Source: Octopus sinensis
Lineage: Eukaryota
Assembly (NCBI RefSeq): GCF_006345805.1
Contig: NC_042999.1
Coordinates: forward strand, 158,534,001-158,598,000
Direction: 5' to 3'
Length of the DNA: 64,000 bases
In this document: piece after piece, positions 50,741 through 63,470 of the stretch
Layout of the letters: every line of letters begins with the position of its first letter
Numbering within the stretch: position 1 is the stretch's first letter
Translations under genes and position numbers: made by a program
The notes under the pieces: generated by a model
The model's database searches: none
Told to the model about the DNA's origin: nothing
Seen by the model: the letters and a program-made list of their open reading frames with translations, nothing else

Positions 50741-51080
50741 AACTACAGCATCTGCATACGTACATATATATATATAAATATATAAGTACGTATAAATCCA
50801 TACATGCATACACACATGCATAACTTTGGAAGAGATATCACAAAATTTGGAAGAGATATCACAAGTTCATATTAATATTTTGCATACTTTTAACAACAAA
50901 TGTGAGATATTATTATGTTGTTTTTTTTTGTAAAAGATTAGTTGTGAAACTAACATTTATACAAACACTTATACTAGCTTTATAACATTTATTTAATCCA
51001 AACAAGAAAACACAAAAAAACACAACAACGTGAGGACGTGGAACAAATATAGTATTATTGGATGCTCAGGAAAGAAGGAG

Positions 51081-51115
51081 GTTTAACGTTTCGAGCGGAG
51101 CTCTTCGTCGGAAAC
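51081..51115 (-). ncRNA. Minimal hammerhead-like variant (U4C, extra A before stem II)
   Basis: GUUU-CCGACGA-A-GAGC-UCC-GCUC-GAA-ACGU-U-AAAC; palindromic AACGUU would need a dimer. Confidence 0.4.
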
Positions 51116-51190
51116 ATAGGAGAAGGAAAGATCCAGAGAAGGGAAGACAGAGGAAAGAAAATCGCCAACGGTACACACGAGGTGACATAT

Positions 51191-51228
<38 letters not shown>

Positions 51229-51397
51229 CTTTATTTTAAGCAGCAGAAAATTCAACAAAATCTGTTACTCTGAGTTTCTCGTTGCCGTTCATCAGACAGT
51301 TTTTGCCAAGTATTTTCTAGCAAAAACTGTCTGATGAACGGTAACGAGAAACTCGGAGTAACAGATTTTGTTGAATTTTCTGCTGCTTAAAATAAAG
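51229..51397. repeat. 77-78-bp fold-back (13-nt spacer), each arm with a minimal hammerhead-like motif
   Basis: Arms 51230-51306 and 51320-51396, 2 mismatches; right arm caaaaactgt-ctgatga-acggtaacga-gaa-actcggagt-a-acagattttg. Confidence 0.85.
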
Positions 51398-52296
51398 CAT
51401 ATTACTCTACCACTGGTATTTGAGTACTCTTTTTTCCACCTTGTTTCACATTTATGTGTTTACTCCGGTATATATATATATATATACAGAAAATGATGAA
51501 CAAATATGCAAATAAAAGTAAAATGCGTATAAAATAAATATAGGCGCAGGAGTGGCTGTGTGGTAAGTAGCTAATTTTTAAAAGTTTTATTCTATTCTAT
51601 ATACCGTTTTCATTTAATTCCTTTTATGCATAAATTTCCCTGCATAAAGTAACTAATGCTACGATTCTGAGAGATTGTTTCCGCTTCCACAATGTGTGTG
51701 AAGCTGTACTGATGACGTCTTCGTCTTCTTTTAACTGGGTGGTTTTTTTTTCGTATAACAATCTTGTTAACTACTACAATGGCAACGTATAATCAGACAT
51801 TTTAGTTCTTGTTGAAAAAATTACCACATTGCACTCCCCCACCACACACACACAGAATACACCGATATGTATTTCTAAAATGCTACAAAGTCAACAACAT
51901 AAATTCGGTTTCGTCTAGACAAATGTTAACTACTAAATTATCAGGATAACAGCTTCTAATATATAAAATCTAGATGGACGATGATGCGAAAACAGCTGAA
52001 ACGTAACTATAGATGTTGGGGCAAAATGGTATTAGATGGTGAAGATGATGATGATGATGACGACGATTAAGATGACAATGATGAAACGTTGAAGATGCTG
52101 ATGGTAGTAATTGAACTATAACTGGTACGGTGATAATACTGAGGAAGATAAGCCTAAATCTGTTGGTGGAGTAGGTTTGGGTTAGAGTAGTTTTGTTATC
52201 ACAAGTAAGCAATAAAATGATAAAAATTCCCCTAAAATCTTGACCTACGTGGGAAATATAGCCTACTGGTGATTCATTGGACACAGATACACACAC

Positions 52297-52360
<64 letters not shown>

Positions 52361-52889
52361 TTGAGGGTACTACTATTCGTAGATACCACACGCTAAAGAG
52401 GGACCAATGCGGTCAAAACTACTAAAATAAACAAAATTTTACCGAAGCAAATCATTTAAAAAAAAAGAATTTAGTAACATATCACCTGTGATTTCGCAAT
52501 TAATGCAGAATATGCATTCTATGTTCATCAGTGCAACAAACTCAAGATATATAAGAAAAAACATAACGTTACAAGCTCGATTGCCAACCGTAGAATTCGT
52601 CGTAGCATGTACGAATGTTTATCTTTACATATCTATGAAAATGGCGGGCTTATTCGCAATGCATTTCGGTAAACAAATTGCATACGATCGAGACCTTCGT
52701 GGAACATTGTGAGGTGAGGCGGGAGAGATGGTTACATCTTGCAAAGCCCATTTTTACTTTCAGATTGATTTTGCTTTGTCAGATGATCCGAAATGTTAGA
52801 GGTGGAACTATCTGCTTACGCATCTAAATGAACATCATATTTTGTTGGTTCCATGAGACTTTATATCTTTATATCTTTTGACTTTTATC

Positions 52890-53073
52890 TTTGACTTGTT
52901 TGAGACTGCGGTCAAACTGGGGCACCGTCTACAAGAAATTTTAGTCGAATGAATCGACCCCAGCACTTATCATTCTTTTAATCCTGTTACTTTATCTATC
53001 GGTCTTTTTGCCAAGCCGTTAAGCGGTGGTAAGGGGACAAACACACATCCGCACGCACGCACACACGCACACA

Positions 53074-53108
<35 letters not shown>

Positions 53109-53275
53109 GCGCACGCACGCACATACACGACAGGTTTCTTTCAGTTTCCCTCTACCAAATTCAATCACAAAGCTTTGTTGCCTCGAGGCTTTAGAAAACA
53201 CTTGCTTAAGGTGCCCTGCAGTGGGACTGAACCCAAAACTATGTGATAGAGAAGCAAGCTTCTTACCACATGGCC
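52890..53275 (-). mobile_element. SINE family A, older copy
   Basis: gactgcggtcaaactggggcaccg...gggactgaacccaaaactatgtg. Confidence 0.75.
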
Positions 53276-53343
53276 ATGTAAATATGATGCGGTAGAACGA
53301 ACCCTGCTTTTTGCTAATTGTTTTAGAATTCTATCTTGTTCTG

Positions 53344-53569
53344 CGAGCTGGCAGAAACGTTAGCATGCTGGGCGAAATGCGTGGCCGTATTTCGTCTGCC
53401 GTTACGTTCTGAGTTCAAATTCCGCCGAGGTCGACTTTGCCTTTCATCCTTTCGGGGTCAATAAATTAAGTACCACTTGCGCACTGGGGTCGATATAATC
53501 GACTTAATCCCTTTGTCTGTCCTTGTTTGTCCTCTCTGTGTTTAGCCCCTTGTGGGTAGTAAAGAAATA
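53344..53569 (+). mobile_element. SINE family C, 12-bp TSD
   Basis: tatcttgttctg at 53332-53343 and 53570-53581. Confidence 0.9.
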
Positions 53570-55152
53570 TATCTTGTTCTGAGTAGAGATAAATACATTT
53601 TGGTCCATCGAACTATGATCCAGCAAAACAACGAGGACCTTACAGCTTGGCTGCTATTGATTTTCAGCAGAATAGAATGGAGCGACAGGATCTGATGTGC
53701 CTATCATCCAAACATAGCACATTACTCGATTCAAAAAGGAATCTACCAGCCTTATGTTTGTGAGACCACAACCCAAGTCCCCTAATGAATATGGGTGAAA
53801 GGCAGTTGTTAGAAGATTGGAAGAGTGTGATAAAGTTGAAAGGGGAGAAAGCAAGACGTACATTGGGAAACTCAACTGACTTCGGCTGTTGGCAGATTTA
53901 TATTAAAGCTAATACGACAATTATAGAACTTCAGTGTGTGTGTGTTTGTGATTGTGTGTGTGTGTGTGCGTATGCGTGTGTATGGGCATGTGCGGGCGCA
54001 TGTGTGTGCCTGCGCGTGTGCATGTGTGTTTGTGTGAGTTTGTGTAAAAAAGCATGATTGTTCTGGACTTCAGTATACTGCATACGCAGAAGGGGCGACT
54101 ACATATTAACTAATGTTATCAGGCAACGGTTTACTCAGCCAATGAAATCCCACCCCCACTGAAACACACACACACACACACAAACAGAACATTGCTATTA
54201 ACATCGTCAAAATATTAACGTTCATTAGCAAATGAAAATATAGAAAATCAGTAAAATGGCACAAAATTTCAACAACGCAGGATTTAGATCTATTTTCCCG
54301 TCAGTAAAACACAATTCTCAGCGGTCTATGAATGAAGTAGTTTATTAGATTATGTGTGTATATTTGTAACTGCTGAATTAAGTTTATCATTTTAATTTGC
54401 AACTTACGACAGAGCATTTACTAAAGGGATAAAATAAAATATATTGCAAGCTTCAATTCGACTGGGATTATATGACTATCGGCTTATTTTAACGATTGTA
54501 AATGCGCGTATATTTGTTTATTGAAAACATAGAACACAAAGAAAAACTGGGGTAAACAAAGTGAAGAAATACACAAAGGGTCAGTTGATGCTATTCTCCC
54601 TTTCATGTTAGCTCTTTCTATTTGTCTCACTTCAGGCTATTGGTTCACTTATTTCTAGTTTTCCCTTTACTTATCTTACCATTTCATTGATACAGATTTC
54701 AAAAGATAATGTTTATTCGCTTCTTTGGAGTCACACACACACATAAACAAACAAACACACACACACATAGGTGCACATACACACACATAAACACACAATC
54801 ACAAAAGATAACAAACACATAGTCTATTATTCTATTTGTATTAAATATTCTATAGGAATTGGCGGCGACAAAAGGAGCCCTGTCTCCCATAAATAAACAA
54901 TCTAACAACGGTCTAGTTAGATGTATTCCTATTTAACCACTAAAATTACCGGTACAATCTACCTAGAATGGTTTATTATTAACTTCTTAAATCTGAAAAA
55001 GTATGTTAAAACCAAAGTGTCTCGCTGAAATATGTGTGTAAATGCATCATACTTAAAGAAAAACGGAAAGATATATATATATATAAATATATATATTTAT
55101 AAAATTTATGAATAAATGAAAGAATGGAGTTGAACGACAAATCAACAAATTT

Positions 55153-55247
55153 CCTTTATTTTCGACATATGTTTCGAAGGCTGCATATTCCTAATTGTGA
55201 AGGAATAAGGAGTACATTATGCCGCTTTCTCATCAGGAAAAACAAGG
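55153..55247 (-). ncRNA. Type I hammerhead ribozyme with long stem II, in a pseudo-LTR (55120-55530)
   Basis: CCUUGUUUUUC-CUGAUGA-GAAAGCGGCAUA...UAUGCAGCCUUC-GAA-ACAUAUGU-C-GAAAAUAAAGG; GUC site. Confidence 0.8.
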
Positions 55248-55609
55248 AATTTATGTCAACATCAAGATTCACAAAAACTTTTACATGACTGCTCTCACGG
55301 AGCGCATAGCGATAATGAGTGTCTCTTTAATATTCCTTTATAAGGAGTGACGTCAAACTGGTTGAATGTAGAACATTCTAGAAGGTTCTAAAGGTTCAAG
55401 AGTTCAAACGAAGTAGGGGGAGAGAGGCCTAAGAAAAGTAAGGTGATTTGGAACAGGTCGTATGTATGGTGGGTTTTGTTAAATTCTTTTGTGAATGTGA
55501 ATTTGCTACCCAGGTATCGGTTAAACGAATTATCCATAAAAAGATATTTCATTTTTCTACTCAAATATATATATATATATATATATTTCTCACCGTTTTT
55601 CTTTAAGTA

Positions 55610-55654
<45 letters not shown>

Positions 55655-55656
<2 letters not shown>

Positions 55657-56340
55657 AATGATCTTAAACTTAGACCGATAATAGCAGGCCCAGCATGCGA
55701 AACTCACCGCCTCAGCAACTTCTTAGACACACTTCTGAAACCTTTCCTTAAGCACATCAAAAGCTACATAAGATGCGATCTAGACATGTTTAGCCACCTC
55801 CCAAAAACAGTCAATGAGAAAGCCCTGCTAGTATCCTTCGATGTAGTTAACCTTTATTCCAACATCCCCCACACACTAGGAATAGAAGCGATGACTTTCT
55901 GGCTAAACAACTACTCCTTTGAACTTGCAACTCGCATAAATAAAGAACTCATAATAGAAGGACTGAGATTTATCTTAGAAAATATTATATTTAATAATGA
56001 CTACTACAGACAAATACCGTGTACGCTACAGCCATGGGTACACGTACTGCACCTTCTTTTGCCAACCTAGTAATGGGCTACCTCGAAATAATACTTTACC
56101 AGAAAACACTCGAGAAATATGGAAACTCTTTTTCCACCTATATCCAGAACAACTGGAAAAATTATCTCGACGAATGCTTCATCCTCTGGAATCAAAATAT
56201 AGAAAATCTTGAGGAATTTAAAATACTACTAAATGGAATTAATGAAAACATCCAATTCATGATAGAACACAGCCACGAAAAACTACCATTTCCAGATATC
56301 CTCATTAAGAAAGTGGTCAATAAAATAGAGACGGATAGCT
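55655..56340 (+). mobile_element. Penelope-like reverse transcriptase fragment
   Basis: LRPIIAGPACETHRLSNFLD; LVSFDVVNLYSNIPH; AMGTRTAPSFANLVMGYLE; WKNYLDECFILW; EKLPFPDILI. Confidence 0.9.
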
Positions 56341-56589
56341 ATTATATCCATGTATATTGTATGTATCTATGTATTTACAAAAATATGTATGAGGCGTTGC
56401 GTGTATATGACAGCTGTATTAACGTTATATCCCATTGCTACTCCATATTTGTTGTTTACACAACGCTGTCCTACCTTTCCCTGATATCAGTCACACTCAC
56501 GTCTGCTATTACATTTCACTAAAACTAATACTCTTCGTACCCTTTTCATTTTATCATATAATACCCCCAACATTATCGAGTTTTATTGA

Positions 56590-56716
56590 AATCTAAGTAG
56601 CCTGTTATTGAACTGGATTTTAGTTTCACTTGTATGCAAAGTTTCATGAAGATTTGTCTGCTGGTTGAGACAGTAAGATGGTAACAAACAGACATAAAAT
56701 GCCATTTTTATATAAG
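56590..56716 (+). mobile_element. HINE/Helentron-like 3' terminus
   Basis: aagtttcatgaagatt...acaaacagacataaaatgccatttttatataagat, matching the end style of 1552-1947. Confidence 0.5.
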
Positions 56717-56734
56717 ATTATGTATATATATTAC

Positions 56735-57070
56735 AGGTGCAGGCGTGACTATTTGGTAAGTAGCATTGTGTGGTAAGGTTCAATTCTACTGCGGGGCACA
56801 TCGTGCCGATCAGAGCCTTGTAAGGGGATTTGGTAGACGGAAACTGAAAGAATCCCGTCGTATATATATATGTTTTTGTGTGTTTGTGTCTGTGTTTCTC
56901 CCCCCTCCCCACTATCTCTTGACAACCGATGTTGGTGTGTTTACGTCCCCGTAACTTAGCAGTTCGGGAAAAGAGACCGATAGAATAAGCTCTGGGGTTG
57001 ATTTATTCAACAAAAAAGGTGGTGCTCCAGCATGGCCACCGTCAAAATGACTGAAACATGCAAAAAAGTA
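56735..57070 (+). mobile_element. SINE family A, diverged copy
   Basis: ggatttggtagacggaaactgaaagaatcccgtcg...ggtgctccagcatggccac. Confidence 0.8.
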
Positions 57071-57610
57071 AAATAATAGAATGTATATATGTATAAAAAT
57101 ATTTACATATATTTACATATGTATGCATATAAGCATGTATACATATATGCTGAAATGCATATACACATGCATAAAGACACACACACTATATACACACACA
57201 CTATATACACACACACTATATACACACACACACAAATTTAAGTTAACTTGATTCTGAGCATAACCACTTATCAGAGAGGTTCTCCTGTAGTAGATTTGAT
57301 AGGTACTCGACTCAACATCTGGAACTTGACCAAAAGGGAATTTTGAACTCGGTCACCTTTGGAGGAAATGTGAGAAGTTCTCCGGTGATACTACTGAAGT
57401 TGTACTCATATGATTATCTCGTATAATGAGGTTATTTTATGAGTTTACAACGAAATTTGCACAGTTTGCCGCTTTCGGATATTAAGATTCAAAATTTCAT
57501 GACCGATTCATCACCATCCATTCCAATTTCCAATTAGTAGCGTTGATATATTCAAGGATTTATGTTAGTCTCTTGTAGCGTGAGAAAATATGTCATTCTG
57601 TTTTCTTCAG

Positions 57611-57640
57611 GTCATGTAGAGGACGCTTTCCGAGAACTAG
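57611..57640 (+). CDS. Candidate 30-nt exon (GHVEDAFREL)
   Basis: Acceptor ctgttttcttcAG; weak donor AG|GTTAAC; phase 1-1 open. Confidence 0.2.
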
Positions 57641-57869
57641 GTTAACACACACACACACACACAAACACTTATACACACAAACAAAACATATATATTTATG
57701 CAAGCATATTTTCTATATATCATATATGCATACACATATAGACATATACCAAAGCAATGAATTAATTAACACAGTTTGTAATTAAACATTTCTTATTTTC
57801 TAACTCAGAAGGTTTGTTTACTATATTTTCATCACAATGCAGTGCCACAACGTGCTCACTCTGCCTCTT

Positions 57870-57965
<96 letters not shown>

Positions 57966-58074
57966 TGCATGTATGTATATATATATATATATATATTATT
58001 ATATATATATATATATATTATATATATACTTAGATACGTACATACGTACACTTATAACTATATATATATAAATG

Positions 58075-58461
58075 TATTACTCTCTTTTACTTTCAGTCAT
58101 TTGACTGCGGCCATGCTGGAGCACCGCCCTTAGTCGAGCAACTCGACTCCGGGACTTATTATTTGTAAACCCAGTACTTATTCTATCGGTCTCTTTTGCC
58201 GAACCGCTAAGTGACGGGGACATAAGCACACCAGCATCGGTTGTCAAGCAATGGTAGGGGGACAAACACAGACACACAAACACACACGCACACACATATA
58301 TATATAGCTTCTTTCAGTTTCCGTCTACCAAATCCACTCACAAGGCATTGGTCGACCCGAGGCTATAGTAGAAGACAGTTGCCCAAGATGCCACGCAGTG
58401 GGACTGAACCCGGAACCATGTGGTTGGTAAGCAAGCTACTTACCACACAGCCACTCCTGCG

Positions 58462-58465
<4 letters not shown>
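58075..58465 (-). mobile_element. SINE family A
   Basis: Aligns to the other copies. Confidence 0.9.
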
Positions 58466-58497
<32 letters not shown>

Positions 58498-58697
58498 TAG
58501 ACAAATGAATTATCTTATTACGGATAATTAGAAAGATAACCGATACCTGGGTAGCAAACTCACAACAGAAAGGGCACGGTTGAAGTTACGACCATAGGGC
58601 ATAAAACCCGTGCCTTAGTGCGGAAATTTGAAGTTTTATATATAAAGTATAGGAAAGAATGGAGCTGAACGAAGATTTAACAAAATTCCTTTATTTT

Positions 58698-58783
58698 ATT
58701 TTCGACATATGTTTCGAAGTCTGCAAAGCCCCTAATTCCGAGTGAATAAGGAGTCCATTATGCAGCTTTCTCTTCAGGAAAAT
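58698..58783 (-). ncRNA. Type I hammerhead ribozyme with long stem II (pseudo-LTR fragment 58530-58830)
   Basis: AUUUUC-CUGAAGA-GAAAGCUGCA...UGCAGACUUC-GAA-ACAUAUGU-C-GAAAAU; 6-bp stem I, GUC site. Confidence 0.8.
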
Positions 58784-58834
58784 CCAGGAACTTAATTAGA
58801 AAGCTGCATAATGGACTCCTTATTCACTCCTTAT

Positions 58835-59033
58835 TTCCGTCATTTGACTGCGGCCATGCTGGAGCACCGCCTTTAGTCGAGCAAATCGACTCCGGGACTT
58901 ATTATTTGTAAGCTCAGTACTTATTCTATCGGTCTATTTTGCCGAACCGCTAGGTGACGGGGACGTAAACACACCAGCATCGGTTGTCAAGCAATGCTAG
59001 GGGGACAAACACAGACACACAAACACACACACA

Positions 59034-59083
<50 letters not shown>

Positions 59084-59250
59084 TACGACAGGCTTCTTTC
59101 AGTTTCCGTCTACCAAATCCACTCACAAGGCATTGGTCGGCCCGGGGCTATAGCAAAAGACACTTGCCCAAGATGCCACGCAATGGGACTGAACCCGCAA
59201 CCATGTGGTTTGTTAGCAAGCTACTTACCACACAGCCACTCCTGCGCCTA
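58835..59250 (-). mobile_element. SINE family A
   Basis: Aligns to the other copies; 3' tail missing next to the pseudo-LTR fragment. Confidence 0.9.
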
Positions 59251-59405
59251 TCGTATATTCTATCGTATAAAATATTCTATCGTATATTTTATCTATTTTT
59301 TTGTGCATTTTTACGAAGCTCAATTAGAACCATCTTCTGAATTGTTTAAATATAATTCTGAGTGAATGAACCTTCCCTAATATGCTAAGAATTGGCGCCA
59401 ACACG

Positions 59406-60347
59406 CTGAGATGGATCTACCATAAAACTAATGAAGCTTAAGACTTAGGGCCCCTAAACTAGGAGGTGGCTCACTAAAGCAACATAATTTTTACATTCTG
59501 TCAATTTTTTTGTTTTTGTAATTTGCCATGCATATTCTGCTACCAATCTTAGTGAACGTCATATCATACTCCTGCGCAGAGTCTAGAAATGCAGTGTCTA
59601 ACCACGAGTTGTTCGTGTGTCGTTTCTGCCGGTAGCATAAAAAATAAATGTACAAACGACTCGTAGATAATTTGCTTTACTTGAATTACTTTGGAATCTT
59701 TAGCCCTGCCTCCCCTCATCATAAAATATGTCTACTACTACATCAGCACGGTAGAGATAAGAATTCTTAATTCACACCATTATTTAGTGATCAATAAAAG
59801 GGTCTGCCTTCTAATTTTGGACTTACACTCTGTTCTGTAACAAAGTATTTTTTCTACATTAAAACTTGTTTGAATATCCCTTTGTGCATATTGTCTCTAG
59901 AAAATGACATTGCAAGGAAGCTGTCATATAACAAAACTGTTGATATAAAAAACAGAAAAAATGAATATTTTGTAATTTTGATATGTATCATAATGATGCA
60001 CCATGCATGTATATAACGCTTCCTTAATTTTCAACCTCCATTGCTCTAAAAGTGTAAGGCATAACCGGAAAAATATTTGTAGTGATCTGTCATAGAACAA
60101 CCACATCGACAAAGATATCGGTGATTAACGACACCTCGTTTATGGTGGAAAGAGGGCTCACTTTCAGACTCAGTTTTAAGGATTACACATCATAACTCCA
60201 CCATTTACGCTTTCAGGGCCTCAATCTGGTGTTCCTTGCAAGGGCACGAAAATTCTTTGACTATTGTTACCCTACTGCTACTAGTTGTAAAAGGAGCTCG
60301 CATAATATTTTAAGCTTCAGGGCCCCAATATTGTAGATCTGCCACTG
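59406..60347 (+). mobile_element. Non-autonomous hAT derivative with 8-bp TSD
   Basis: Termini ctgagatggatctac / gtagatctgccactg; flanks ccaacacg (59398-59405) and ccaacagg (60348-60355); remnant LSLENDIARKLSY resembling the hAT C-terminal dimerisation region. Confidence 0.8.
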
Positions 60348-60379
60348 CCAACAGGGGTGACACCTAAAGATAGTAGGGG

Positions 60380-60515
60380 AACTAAGAAACGTGAATTCTG
60401 CAAGTTCAGAATCAATTTCTTGTCTTCATTACCAGCAAACAACCAGTGCCCGCCTTGCAGTAGAGCTTTCCGAGCACGCATTGGACCGATTGGCCATAGG
60501 CGGAAACACCGTGTC
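60380..60515 (+). mobile_element. RTE-like C-terminal zinc-knuckle fragment (second subfamily)
   Basis: CPPCSRAFRARIGPIGHRRKH. Confidence 0.6.
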
Positions 60516-60666
60516 CCGTCGTGTATGTGTGGTTATCGTGTGTGTGTGTGTGTGTGTCTGTGTGTGTGCGCGCGCGCATGTGTGTGTGAATAGAAATAAC
60601 AATGTTTATATATATATATGATGGTACTCCAACGGTTACGACGACGAGGGTTCCAGCTGCTCCGAT

Positions 60667-60703
<37 letters not shown>

Positions 60704-62077
60704 AAGATTGAGAGAGAGAGGAAGGAAAGAGAAAGGTCGTCAGAGAAATGTGGGATAAAGATATATTAAAGATATATCTTATATTAACTCTTAAAATGTC
60801 CTATGTTACTTGACATTGGTCATTATTGGGACAATTATCATGCGAGAGATTATTTGATAAAATCTATCAAAGGTAACAATATTATTATCTTTCCTCCTTT
60901 TAATTCTCGAACATCAACATATATTATTAGTTCGTTCGTCGTAGTCGAAGATAACAACGATGGTACTCTAAAGTAAAGATTATTTACCAACATAACGTCG
61001 CAGTCCCGGTTGGGACGAATGTTATTGTTATTTAACCTCATTATGTTGGCAAATAATCTTTACCCTACACACATATACAATAATAAACGTGGTGTTCAGA
61101 AACTTCCGAATTCATATAGCTTCCGAAGTTCCAGTACTTTTACCTGCGTATTGGAAAGGCACTCTCTTTCGTCTACTATGTACAGGAATAAATTTAATGA
61201 ACACCCTGTGTAATTAGCATACTCTATCACACGTAGTCTTGATGAGAATATGACTGCTATCTCCAATAAAATATTCATTCATAATTATATAATCGTACGA
61301 TATTTTAATAAGTTTGGTTGAAGATCTGATCCTAGCTATTATGTTAATATTATATCTTTATCCCACATAAATAATAGTATTAGCTCTGTGTCACATGTTA
61401 GCTATAACTTTAATATTGCTACAATAATGTTTCACTATCTAATAAATGTAATAACGTGTTACTATAGGAATTAATACAATTGCCCTTTAAAAGCAAGTGA
61501 TACCGAGCAAATTTAGTGTATAAATATTTTGGTAAAATATATGATATCGGAATTTAAATATCATTATGGTTTTCTTTTAGTTGATGCTTTTGACTTCTGC
61601 GATCCACCAATTAATGGCTTTGTTCTTATACATTTTGTATATGACTTCTATAAGTTTGACTGTAAGATCAAACATTGGTATAGATACCTACAAATAAATA
61701 TATATAAACTTACATGTGTTTGTATATATATATAAACCTATATGTGTTTGTATGTGCACACATACAAACACGTTCACACAAACATATGAATATGTAGAAT
61801 ACATATATGCAAACATTCACAGATACACACACACACAATATGTATATATGCATACATACACACGCATCCATCCATACATCCATCCATCCATCCATCCATC
61901 CATCCATCCATCCATACATACATACATACATATGTACATACATACATGTGTACATATGCGCAATGACGCACACACATGTGCACAAACGAGCAAGCAAACA
62001 AAACAAACGAAAAGAACGCAGCTCCGATAACGGACAGAGTTTGCAAGAGGTTGCAAGAAGCAACGAAATGCCCGTCG

Positions 62078-62187
<110 letters not shown>

Positions 62188-62364
62188 CGTGGATGTATAT
62201 ATATATATATATGTATATATGTATATATATGTAAGAGTAAAAAAATATACAAACTGGGACAAGAACGTGAAACATTTAGAAGACGACACAAAAAACACGG
62301 ACGGGACATTCGAAGCCTTCAATCTTCAGTCAAGAACCGTATCATCTTCGCAATTTCGGCTGAT

Positions 62365-62459
<95 letters not shown>

Positions 62460-62522
62460 ATATATATGTATATGTATATAGATAAATAGATAGTTAGATA
62501 GATAGATAGATAGATAGATAGT

Positions 62523-62568
<46 letters not shown>

Positions 62569-63199
62569 TGAATGTGTCTGTGTTCCCCCATCACCGCTTG
62601 ACAACCACTGTTCTTGTTTACGTCCGCATTATCTAGTGGTTCAGCAACTGCAAGTACTGAAGTTGATTCATTCGACTAAATATTCAAGGCGTTGCCCAGC
62701 ATATCCTCAGTCTAATGACGGAAACAAGTAAAAAACAAAGGATAAAATATAGTACTTTCATACGTAATGCAACCATCAGGTTTATACAGAGAGAGTCGTG
62801 TACCACAATTGACAATTGTTGTGAAATTGTTAGATTTATTCTTAAAATACCCTCCGATGGGCTCCAGTACGCTGAATCTTACGAACTGTATTTTGACCAC
62901 TCAGTATGTGGCTTAAATGTCACGATTTGTCGAGTGCGCCAAGTTCTAACCCTATTTCAACCAATCAGTATGTGCTTTAAACGTCATGGTTTGGTGGTTA
63001 CGTCAAGGATTCTTTAATTTGACCGCTCCTAAAGGAATAATTGTTTGGATGTATTTGGGAATGTTGTAAACAACATTCCTGTTTTCATTGAATATTATTC
63101 TTACGATTCCAAAACCTTTTACATTTCAATCGACTCAATGTTCATATGGTCAACATTACTACCATCCTCGCCATCACTTTCATTGTTGTCGTTATTTTT

Positions 63200-63234
63200 G
63201 GTGGCATTAGTAGCAATAGTAATAGCAGTAGTAC

Positions 63235-63286
<52 letters not shown>

Positions 63287-63470
63287 CATCATCATCATCA
63301 TCATTATAGATAACACCACTGATAATTATAATGATGATGGTAATAATAATAATAATAGCAACAACTGCAACAACTACAACAAGAACAAGAACAAGAGCAA
63401 CAACAACAACAACAATAATAATAATAATAATAATAATAATATAATAATAATAATAATAATAATAATAAAC
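63200..63470. repeat. (ATT)n followed by (AAC/AAT)n low-complexity tract
   Basis: Directly visible. Confidence 0.9.

Noticed and set aside
62300-62335. Minus-strand CUGAAGA...UUC-GAAUGUC
   Set aside because: A15.1 is missing and there is no stem I pairing.
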